64,000 nucleotides of DNA from Macrostomum lignano (lineage: Eukaryota): NCBI GenBank assembly GCA_002269645.1, contig NIVC01001666.1, forward strand, positions 186,001 through 250,000, given 5' to 3'. The notes beneath the pieces are model-generated. The model saw nothing but the letters and a program-made list of their open reading frames with translations, did no database searches and was not told where the DNA came from. Position 1 is the stretch's first letter, and each line of letters begins with the position of its first letter. The position numbers and the translations under genes are program-made. This document shows, one piece after another, positions 37,483-48,500 of the stretch.

Positions 37483-40400
37483 CCTCGCAAATCCCACAAA
37501 AAACCCGCAGCGACTCGCAGCTCTCCAACTCGCTGGCCGATGCCGCACGAGCCACGCCGCCAGCGGCAGCCGCAGCGGCCAAATTAGAGAAGCTGCGTCA
37601 ATCCGCCGGCGCCGACTCGCTGACAGCGGACGGCGTCGGACTCGACAGCGAAGAGGAATCGGCCGCCGACTGCGGTGACTTGGGCTTCAGCGTCAAGGAG
37701 GAGGCAGCTGAGGACGCCTCTGTTGGACAACTTGGCGGCGTCTCAGCGGCGTCAGCCGCAACTGCCGGCGGCATGTCCAGCGGCGACGACGACAGTCTGA
37801 CCTCCGGCGGCGGGCCGCCGCCAGCAAAAAAAGCCAAAAGTGGCGGCGGCGGAGCGTCAGCATTGAAGAAGGACGAGAAATACTGGGAGAGGCGGCGCAA
37901 GAATAACGAGGCGGCGAAGAGGAGCAGAGAGAAACGAAGGCTGAACGATGTTGCCATGGAGATGCGGATTCAGGAGCTCACAGAGGTGAGTGAGATGACG
38001 CTAGAATTCAGAGAGGCTGGCATTGATGCTAAATATTACTAAGAATTGCTTGACTTATGACTGTCACCCTAGAGTTACCTGAGATAAACCTGAGAGCAGT
38101 CCTTGAGATGTGAGATCGACCTGAGAACAGCTCTCTGAGAACAGCCCCCTGAGAACAGCTCTCTGAGAACAGCCCCCTGAGAACAGCCCATGAGAACAGC
38201 TCCCTGAGAACAGCCCATGAGAACAGCTAATGAGAACAGCTCCCTGAGAACAGCTCCATGAGAACAGCTCCCTGAGAACAGCCCATGAGAACAGCCCCTG
38301 AGAACAGCTCCCTGAGAACAGCTCCCTGTAAACAGCTCCATGAGAACAGCTCCCTGTAAACAGCTCCATGAGAACAGCTCCCTGTAAACAGCTCCATGAG
38401 AACAGCTCCCTGAGGACAGCCCATGAGAACAGCCCCTGAGAACAGCTCCCTGTAAACAGCTCCATGAGAACAGCTCCCTGTAAACAGCTCCATGAGAACA
38501 GCTCCCTGTAAACAGCTCCATGAGAACAGCTCCCTGAGGACAGCCCATGAGAACAGCCCCTGAGAACAGCTCCCTGAGAACAGCTCCCTGTAAACAGCTC
38601 CATGAGTACAGCTCCCTGTAAACAGCTCCATGAGAACAGCTCCCTGAGGACAGCCCATGAGAACAGCCCCTGAGAACAGCTCCATGAGAACAGCTCCCTG
38701 TAAACAGCTCCATGAGAACAGCTCCCTGTAAACAGCCCATGAGAACAGCTCCATGAGAACAGCTCCCTGTAAACAGCCCATGAGAACAGCCCATGAGAAC
38801 AGCTCCCTGTAAACAGCCCATGAGAACAGCTCAATGAGAACAGCTCCCTGTAAACAGCCCATGAAAACAGCCCATGAGAACAGCTCCCTGTAAACAGCCC
38901 ATGAGAACAGCCCATGAGAACAGTTCCCTGCAAACAGCCCATTAGAACAGCTCCCTGTAAACAGCCCATGAGAACAGCTCATGAGAACAGCTCCCTGTAA
39001 ACAGCCCATGAGAACAGCCCATGAGAACAGCTCCCTGTAAACATCCCATGAAAACAGCCCATGAGAACAGCCCATGAGAACAGCTCCCTGTAAACAGCCC
39101 ATGAGAACAGCTCCCTGAGAACAGTTCCATGAGAACAGCTCCCTGAGAACAGCTCCATGAGAACAGCTCCATAAGAACCAAAGCTCACACGCCAGTCGCC
39201 CACATCACGCAGGAGAACGCCAAGCTCAAGGTGGAGCTCACCGCCATTAAAAAGCGATTTGGACTGCCAACAAATTCCTCCGACGACGCCGCGGACGCCG
39301 CCGCCGACACCGCCACCACGAAGCCCGAGTCGAAGCCGGCATCGTCAGCGACCTCGCCGACTCCGGCAGCCGAGGTGCAGTGTCAGTCACCGCTGGTGCA
39401 GCCGCAGGCTTCAAACTCATCAGCTGACGCCACCGCAGCTGCCGCCTCAGCCCCCCAACCGTCTCGACTAACCGCGATGAAAGTCGGAGAAGCGCCCGCA
39501 TCCTCAGCCGCCGCCACCGCCGCTGTTGTCGCATCTTCGGCGACCGCCCTTGCCGCAGCGCCTCCAGTTGTGAACTCCTCACCGGCGGCCACCTTCGGCC
39601 TGGTGGCGCCAGGCCAGATCGGCGGCCTGTTCAACTTCAACCTGCTGGCCAACTATGCGGCCGCTGCGCCACAGAGCCTCGCCTCCTGCGGCCTCACGCT
39701 GAAGCCCACGGCCGTCATGGCGCCGACCATCCTGGCGCCCGCCTCCGCTGCAGCCGCCACGTCGCTTACAGCGCCACCAGCGAATCACCTCGCCGACCAG
39801 GCCGAGCCGCTGGACCTGACCCTGTGCCAAGGACCGCTGCAGATTGCCGGTGAGGATTCCCGGACCTTAGGGATTTCAACTGGAATTTCAATCTGAAGCT
39901 TTGTACCTTTCTAGGGTTCAGGTTAGCCCCCCCCCCAGATCCTCAGCTCTCTCAGCCAGCCTACCAAATCCCCAGTTGCTGGGCCAGACTCCCAGAGTGT
40001 CTGATCCTCAGTTGCTGGACCAGCCTCCCAGAGTGTCAGTTGCTGGGCCAGCCTCCCAGATCCCCAGTTGCTGGGCCAGCCTCCCAGATTGTCAGTTGCT
40101 GGGCCAGACTCCCAGATCCTCAGTTGCTGGGCCAGCCTCCCAGATCCCCAGTTGCTGGGCCAGCCTCCCAGAGTGTCAGTTGCTGGGCCAGACTCCCAGA
40201 TCCTCAGTTGCTGGGCCAGCCTCCCAGATCCCCAGTTGCTGGGCCAGCCTCCCAGAGTGTCAGTTGCTGGGCCAGACTCCCAGATCCTCAGTTGCTGGGC
40301 CAGCCTCCCAGATCCTCAGTTGCTGGGCCAGCCTCCCAGAGTGTCAGTTGCTGGGCCAGACTCCCAGATCCTCAGTTGCTGGGCCAGACTCCCAGATCCT

Positions 40401-41850
40401 CAGTTGCTGGGCCCAGCCTCCCAGATCCCCAGCAGCTGGGCCAGCCTCCCAGATCCTCAGTTCTGGGAAACCGCTCTCCCAATCTCACCTTTCCGAACGC
40501 AATAAACGCATCAAAGCAGCGCCATAGAACTCGGAAAGCCACCAAAGTCGTCAGCTTTGAAAAGATTTTTGCCTTAGAAAACAAAAAAATGCGCAGCTAG
40601 GCGCTTATTCTGTACTTGGCATGCACCGAGGCAATTGTGCATTGGAAAGGTGCTACCGGGCTGCCAATGGCACCGCATGTCATTCAAATAGGCTTTGTAA
40701 TTGATCAATAAGACCAACCAATCGATCTCTGCGCGTTTGGAATTTGCGTCTGGGCACTGCGCACTTTGTCTGTACATGTACGGGTGCACATGCAGACTGT
40801 CTCAGTGCCTCATGTACAGATTCTGCATTCACTCTCTTGCCTCTCCCTCCCTTCGTATCTTCCACTCTTCTTCCTGACTCTCCCTGTCTTCTCCCTGACT
40901 CTCCCTCCCTGTCTTCTCCCTGACTCTCCCTCCCTATCTTCTCCCTGACTCTCCCTCTCTGTCTTCTCCCTGACTCTCCCTCTCTGTCTTCTCCCTGACT
41001 CTCCCTCCCTGTCTTCTTCCTGACTCTCCCTCTCTGTCTTCTTCCTGACTCTCCCTCTCGGTCTTCTACCTGACTCTCCCTCTCTGTCTTCTCCCTGACT
41101 CTCCCTCCCTGTCTTCTCCCTGACTCTCCCTCCCTGTCTTCTTCCTGACTCCCCTCCGTCTTCTCCCTGAATCTCCAACTCTTTTCTAAGCTACTGGCAC
41201 TAAATCCCTAATCTATTCTCCCCGTCTAAAGCAGTTCGTTCTACTCAGCTCCTAATTGTCTCCATCACCTCCCCATCTCTACCGCCGCCTCCCTTAAACA
41301 AATCGCATGCCCGTCAATTGGGATTTCAGCGGCAGCCGCGATGCGTCGGCACCAGCTTCATCAGCATCTGCACCACCTGCAGCAGCACTGCTTGCAGCAG
41401 CAGCAGCTGCGGAGCCAGCCCAGCCGCCGTGGCAACGGCCTTGACGACCCAACCGGCGGCGGCGATGGCCTCGCGGTCAGCCGGCCGGGCCTCCGCATCG
41501 TCCCGGACGAGCAGCCCTCGCTGGCGCTGCCGCACTCCGTTGAGGAGCCCGACGATGAAGACGACGCAGAAGCTGAGGCCCAGCATCCGGCAGCAGATGC
41601 AGTGGAGACCGAAGAAGCCGCCGCAGCCCCCGATCGGAGCTGCCGAGCGTCGCACCGGAAGCGGAACCGGCCGCAGTTGCAGCTGCGGGAACCGGCGGAC
41701 GGCACCGGAAGCAGCCGATTGGAGGCTGAGAACCGGATGATGCGGCAGGAGCTGACCCGGGTGAGCTCCGAGGTGCAGGAGTTGCGCAATCGGTTCCTCG
41801 CCGGCGGCAGCGGCAGCGCCAATTCGATTGTCAAAACCGAGTCCAGGTGA
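37483..41850 (+). CDS. NFIL3: NFIL3/E4BP4/vrille-type bZIP transcription factor (5' end unresolved)
   Basis: Exons 37483-37985, 39213-39849, 41330-41850 with GT-AG and matching phases (0, then 1). The spliced bZIP reads KKDEKYWERRRKNNEAAKRSREKRRLNDVAMEMRIQELTE|ENAKLKVELTAIKKRFGL, the NFIL3/vrille pattern (RLND..KFG). First in-frame ATG inside these exons is 37773; an upstream exon was not identified. Confidence 0.85.
38110..39175. repeat. Mosaic array of 13/14-bp subunits (GAGAACAGCCCAT / GAGAACAGCTCCCT / GTAAACAGC) in the intron splitting the bZIP domain
   Basis: Direct reading. Confidence 0.93.
39935..40465. repeat. 28-bp minisatellite CCAGCCTCCCAGATCCTCAGTTGCTGGG (locus 2)
   Basis: In the last bZIP intron; same unit and orientation as 18505-18832. 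Confidence 0.93.
40845..41172. repeat. 25-bp pyrimidine-rich minisatellite TCTCCCTGACTCTCCCTCCCTGTCT
   Basis: Direct reading, last bZIP intron. Confidence 0.92.
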
Positions 41851-42539
41851 CGCCAGCTGCTTCCCCCCTCTACTGTACATTTGGCAACTTCCCGTTCTGT
41901 CACAGTGCTGTCAGCAGCGCATCAATATTTTCTATACTCGTTTTGCATTGGCCTGCTAAGCCGTTTCCTTAAATATCCCTTAGCATTCTTAACCAAGCTT
42001 TTATTTTGCGTCTCTCGCTATACAATAACATATTCTCATATTGCTACTGTTAAGTAGACGAAAACGAATTTGCAGCGCCCGAAAAAATCGAAGCCTGAAT
42101 AGAGATTAGTAAATTTTACTATAAGCATCTAAGGATAGTTTTTGTTTGTATTAGTAGGTAAATATTTTTCTTCTTATATCAGTTATTATTCCATTACTAT
42201 TGTAAACAAAATTTAGTAAAATTTTCTGTTTCTCCTAAATTCGTACGTTAAAGTCTGCGCCACCGAAATTCGCATCGTTTTCAGATGTTAACAACTGTTT
42301 ACTATTGATGAAGCTACTTCCTTTTAAAAGTGCATGTTGTGCGTTAAAAAGTTTTTTAGCCTAAAAATCCATTGCTTCTTTCTTATCTGTCTGTTAGGCT
42401 ATAGATATTGCTTCATCATAATCTAAGAGTCTGGTTTCATTCTCTCTGAGATGAATTCAAGCATGGCTACTGCAAACATGCCCGTTAAAACGCTGGGTTT
42501 CTCTTAGCAACAGAAGCTTGTCATTTGAAGCAAAGGCTT

Positions 42540-42870
42540 ACCCGTAGCAACGAAGGCTTTCCCGTAGCAACGGAGGCTTTACCCTAGCAACGGAAGCTTT
42601 CCCGTAGCAACGAAAGCTTTCTCGTAGCAACAGAAGCTTTCCTGTAGCAACAGAGGCTTTCCTGTGGCAACGAAAACTTTCTCGTAGCAACAGAAGCTTT
42701 CCTGTAGCAACAGAGGCTTTCCTGTGGCAACGAAAGCTTTCTCGTAGCAACAGAAGCTTTCCTGTAGCAACAGAGGCTTTCCTGTGGCAACGGAGGCTTT
42801 CCTGTAGCAACAGAGGCTTTCCTGTGACAACGAAAGCTTTCTCGTAGCAACAGAAGCTTTCCCGTAGAAA
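42540..42870. repeat. 20-bp minisatellite (CCTGTAGCAACAGAGGCTTT) with 60-bp higher-order period
   Basis: Direct reading. Confidence 0.9.
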
Positions 42871-44884
42871 CGTAAGTATTCTATAGTAACAGATGCTCTC
42901 CTTTAGCAATAGCTCGTTTATAGCATCCTTGGCATCAGAGATTTGCAGGCCCTTATTTAGTAGTTTCTTTCGAATCGCTAGCAGTATCTCATTTTGTTTG
43001 TAAACTAAGTTCAAATCGTTTTAAATCAGTTGAAAAATCACTGATTTCGATCGGCGAAATCATTATGTACAGGGCTGAATTTTCTTCTCGACATTATTTT
43101 TGTGTTACTTGCCTTCTATTTGCGGTTGTTCTGCTTGTCTGCACTGGACGCCATGCAATGTACACACTCGCAACACGCGTTGCTGAGCCGCTATCAATAC
43201 TTTGCCCATGCTGTTTTACTGATCCGACTATGCACTTTGCTAACTATTTTTGTGTACTATTATTTTGCTTCAAGTACTGGTCTTCTTTCTAGTTGTTGTT
43301 TTTTAAAAAAACTTCGTTTTGATATCTTCCGCAATATGACTCGCTGCTACTCGGAGGAAGCAATACGTTTTTGTGTTGCTGTTAAGGCTCTAACAGCCGA
43401 TTGCTGTAAAAGTACACACTGGACTCGATAGAAAAAGCAGTTCCACTATATCACAAGCTTCCATCGGGTCAAATCAGTTTAAATCGTGCATATAAAGTTA
43501 CACTTTCTCTTACTTTCGCTTTTGTAATACATTTAAAAAGCTAAGCCATTGACAGGTGTTACTGTAAGTAGGCTATTAAGCGCATTGCGTTGAAAATGTT
43601 CCTTTGATAACATTGCGCCATACTTTGTTGATACAGTTACCACGTGCATTAATATATGGCGTGTCCTCTGTATTCCTATACTGATTGGCAGTGCTGCGTA
43701 CAGCTACTTACTGTACATATCGCCACGTGTGCCCTAATAGCATCCCAAACTCCCTAAAAGTTCGAGCCACTTCACAAATTATCTGAATAACGTTTGACCC
43801 GTGTATTAGTTCATATATTTTCCATTTTCATTTTAAAGTTTCTTTTGTAGCTTGCAAGTTTAAATATATATTATATATAAGCATTAACATCTGTTACTGT
43901 AATTAAGCATGAATGATTACAAAGCAGGATCTGGAGGAACCAAAGTTAGTTTTAAATTTGCCTTTCAACAGAATTCTAATTTGAATTGTCAAGCTGCTCC
44001 GTAGTAAATGTCAAGGTGTTACCATGCAGTTGTGATTTATTAAACAACAGTACGTCTCGTACATGTATTACACGCATATGTAGTCTCATGGACGGCACCA
44101 TACAATGTCGTACATGTACATGCAAGCAGCGTCTTTACGTCCGAAATCAAAAGCAAATTTTGAGTTGAAAATTTATAATTCTAGCTATGGGTGTCCATCG
44201 GAAATAGCTGCCATAAAAGTCGGCTTTTTGTTTTTATTTTAATTACATACGCAAAACGTCCTCCATTTATAATGCCATAATTGGGGACAAAATCGAGTCG
44301 ACTAAAATTGAAAATAAGAGGTGTCAACGCGAACTCAATTTTCAAAAGTGGAGTTTGTACATGTATAAGAATTTTTTTCATGAATGACTTGATTTGTTCA
44401 GAAAAACTGAGTTTTCAATGAAACTAATGCTTAAGCATAGTGATGCAGATGTAAAATCATGGAAAACTAGAGTACACAACTCTATAGTTGTCCATGTGTA
44501 AAATATTTCCGACTGAACTACTGTGATTTTTTTTATATGATTTTGATTTTGATATTTGACATTTTGATATAATCCTAAATGTAGTATGCTTCTAATCATC
44601 AACAAGCTAGGAAAAGGAAGCTAACAAGCAAATATATTTTACCTAAATAGGTTATGAAGTTTTTTCTCGTTGCGGCAACGCTTGTATGAGAAAGTAAATT
44701 ATGAAGTGCCACATGTATAATTTGACATCTTTAACATTGCTTTCATTTCGATGCGCAAAAACCAGTAGTCCAGTAGTTGTAGCGTAAAACGAAATTGTAA
44801 TAAATTATCCTGTCCATTCTCTTCACAGCATTAGACAAACACTTGGACTCTTATAAACCAACCCAGGACATCACACTTAAGCTG

Positions 44885-44897
44885 GTTACCTAGCAAC
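44885..44897. promoter_or_regulatory. Candidate RFX X-box ~620 bp upstream of the sacsin-like first exon
   Basis: GTTACCTAGCAAC, a canonical 13-bp RFX site by motif only. Confidence 0.4.
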
Positions 44898-45513
44898 ACA
44901 ATGTCGTGTTTAACGTTTTAAATCGAAAAATGGTGGAGACATTTTTTAAATTAATCTTTCGTTTTTCGTTTTTCAAAATTATCAAGCGGACCTCTTTGGC
45001 TCTTTTATGAGATAGGAGCTGATAGGAGCTCTTTTAATCAACCACGGAAGAATTAGGTTGATTTTATACAATGACAAATTAAAACTTGATTTTGTAATTG
45101 ACTATGAAAATACTATTTATTAGTAATAGACTTTGTTTAACATATTTTTGCAGTTAGTTTAATTTAATTTTAATTTAATTTAAGTTTATTTTTTTATTTT
45201 TGACTTAACTATAAAATCAACGTTTTAAAAAATTATTCACTCGAGAGAGCTCTAAAAACTTACTATGTTATTTATGTGCCAAGAATAGAATTTAAAAATT
45301 AAAAGAAAAAATATATTATGCTACATTCTAGAATATTATTTTATCAATTATATATTTTGTTTTCTTCTCAGTATAAATTTCAACACATTTATAGTTCAAC
45401 TTATATTCAACATATTTAAGTTGAGTTATAAACATTATCTCTAGCTTTTTAATCAATAATAACATAATTCAACTGCATGCTAAACAAGTCAGCTTTGGCA
45501 TCTAACAATACAT

Positions 45514-48500
45514 ATGCATTCGCATAGGCGAGGCCTGATCCTTAGAGGTCAGTCTGAGAGCCTTACTGATCGAATACGTGGCCTCCTAGGTGAATACTCA
45601 GATGGCCTTGCTGTGCCTAAGGAGCTGCTACAAAATGCTGATGATGCGGGGGCCACAGAGTTGACCTTGGTGCTGGACACACAAAATCACCTAGATTACT
45701 GCAAAAGCCTTCTGGACCCTCAACTGGCAGATTGGCAGGTGAGGAAAAAGCCCATTTGAGCTTGTGTTTAAGCAACTCAAAATCATTTTACAGCAAATAA
45801 TTATTTCTATAAGCTATAAGAGGTGTGCCAGATGAATCCTTAATTGTTAAACTCGACTTTATATTTGTTATACAGAGCATTCAAAGATGTCTGGTTCATT
45901 AATATCCAGAGTTTTTTATGTATCTTGCAGTCCTGAAGTTCGTATGGTATCCTGAAGTTTGTGGGCTATCCTGGGGTTTGTGGGGTATCCTGTGGTTTGT
46001 AAGGTACCCTGGAGTTTGTGGGGTATCCTTTGGTTTATGAGGTATGCTGTGGGTTGTGAGGTATTCTGTGGGTTGTGAGGTATCTTGGCTTGTAAGGTAT
46101 TCTGTGGGTTCTGGGGCATTATATGGGTTGTGAGGCATTCTGTGGGTTGTGAGGTATCCTGGCTTGTAAGGTATTCTGTGGGTTCTGGGGCATTATATGG
46201 GTTGTGAGGCATTCTGTGGGTTGTGAGGCATTCTGTGGGTTGTGAGCTATCCTGCGGTTTTTAGGATATCTTGGGTTTTGTGGGGTATCCTGGGATTTTT
46301 AAGGGTATCCTGGGATTTGTGGGGCATCCTGGGATTTGTTGGGTATCCTGGGATTTGTGGGGTATCCTGGGATTTGTGGGGTATCCTGGGATTTGTGGGG
46401 TATCCTGGGATTTGTGGGGTATCCTGGGATTTGTGGGGTATCCTGGGATTTGTGGGGTATCCTGGGATTTGTGGGGTATCCTGGAATTTGTGGGGTATCC
46501 TGGGATTTGTGGGGTATCCTGGGAGTTGTGGGGCATCCTGGGATTTGTGAGGGTATCCTGGGATTTGTGGGGTATCCTGGGATTTGTGGGGCATCCTGAA
46601 ATTTGTGAGGGTATCCTGGGATTTGTGGGGTATCCTGGGAGTTGTGGGGCATCCTGGGATTTGTGAGGGTATCCTGGGATTTGTGAGGGTATCCTGGGAT
46701 TTGTGAGGGTATCCTGGGATTTGTGGGGTATCCTGGGATTTGTGGGGTATCCTGGGATTTGTGGGGTATCCTGGGATTTGTGGGGTATCCTGAAATTTGT
46801 GAGGGTATCCTGGGATTTGTGGGGTATCCTGGGAGTTGTGGGGCATCCTGGGATTTGTGGGGCATCCTGAAATTTGTGAGGGTATCCTGGGATTTGTGGG
46901 GTATCCTGGGAGTTGTGGGGCATCCTGAAATTTGTGAGGGTATCCTGGGATTTGTGGGGCATCCTGAAATTTGTGAGGGTATCCTGGGATTTGTGGGGTA
47001 TCCTGGGAGTTGTGGGGCATCCTGGGATTTGTGGGGTATCCTGGGATTTGTGAGGGTATCCTGGGATTTGTGGGGCATCCTGGGATTTGTGGGGTGTGTT
47101 TAGTGAAACTGTCTGCCAACCCCTTTTGGTCACGCAGGGCCCGAGCCTGTGGGCGCACAATGACGCTTCATTTACGCAGAGCGACTTCGATAATTTATTG
47201 CGACTTGGCGGCGCCACTAAGCGAGCGCGGCTCGACGAGGGCCAGGTTGGCAAGTTCGGCCTGGGATTCAATGCCGTTTACAACCTCACGGATGTCCCTT
47301 CGGTGCTTAGCGGACATTTCCTGCAGGTGTGATTGCTGATCTCTCGGCTTTTACCTCTGATGGTTTACCTCTCAAAATACTATCACTGTGATGAAGTGTC
47401 AGAAAATAGAGTTCAATGGGATACAATCAGTTTCAGTAAATGTACTTTTATCATTGAGGAGTGTCAGCTGTGAATAAATCAGGAGTGTCAGGTGAATCAA
47501 TCAGGAGTGTCAGGGGAATGAATCAGGAGTGTCAGGAGAATCAATCAGGAGTGTCAGGAGAATCAATCAGGAGTGTCAGGAGAATCAATCAGGAGTGTCA
47601 GGAGAATCAATCAGGAGTGTCGGGAGAGAATCAATCAGGAGTGTCAGGAGAATCAATCAGGAGTGTCAGGAGAATCAATCAGGAGTGTCAGGAGAATCAA
47701 TCAGGAGTGTCAGGAGAATCAATCAGGAGTGTCAGGAGAGAATCAATCAGGAGTGTCAGGAGAATCAATCAGGAGTGTCAGGAGAATCAATCAGGAGTGT
47801 CAGGAGAATCAATCAGGAGTGTCAGGAGAATCAATCAGGAGTGTCAGGAGAGAATCAATCAGGAGTGTCAGGAGAATCAATCAGGAGTGTCAGGAGAATC
47901 AATCAGGCGTGTCAGGAGAATCAATCAGGAGTGTCAGGGGAATCAATCAGGAGTGTCAGGAGAATCAATCAGGAGTGTCAGGGGAATCAATCAGGAGTGT
48001 CAGGGGAATCAATCAGGAGTGTCAGGGGAATTAATCAGGAGTGTCAGGGGAATCAATCAGGAGTGTCAGGAGAATCAAGCAGGAGTGTCAGGAGAATCAA
48101 TCAGGAGTGTCAGGAGAATCAATCAGGAGTGTCAGGAGAATCAATCAGGAGTGTCGGGAGAGAATCAAGCTGATGGATGGGGCTCAGAAGCATCACCATC
48201 AAAGATCAGGCATAGCAGGTGCTATGAGTCGAGAGTCTCATTAAATGGGTGGTGTTTATTGAAAACATCCAAGTGTCTCATTAAATGCTGCAGGTGCTAG
48301 ACCCGCACGGCGACCAGGTTGGCGGTGGCTACTTGGAGAACCTGTACCAGAGCATGGGCCAGCGACAGACTGGAGTAAGGCTAGACCTGTCAGCCCATGG
48401 AGAGGCGTTCACTGAGTACAAGGATCAGTTGGCGCCTTATCAGGCAAGTTCTTAACAATGACGAATTTATTAGAAAGATGCGAAATTTCGTTTTGTTAGA

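Noticed and set aside
41341-41850. Stand-alone 169-aa gene
   Set aside because: It has a phase-compatible acceptor at 41329/41330 and is better explained as the last exon of the bZIP gene.
38064-48300. Long ORFs at 38064-39203, 39901-40600, 46242-47271 and 47461-48300 (also 21540-22775, 23671-24312, 29818-30627, 36602-37482)
   Set aside because: They coincide with tandem arrays inside introns or gaps and are periodic low-complexity translations.
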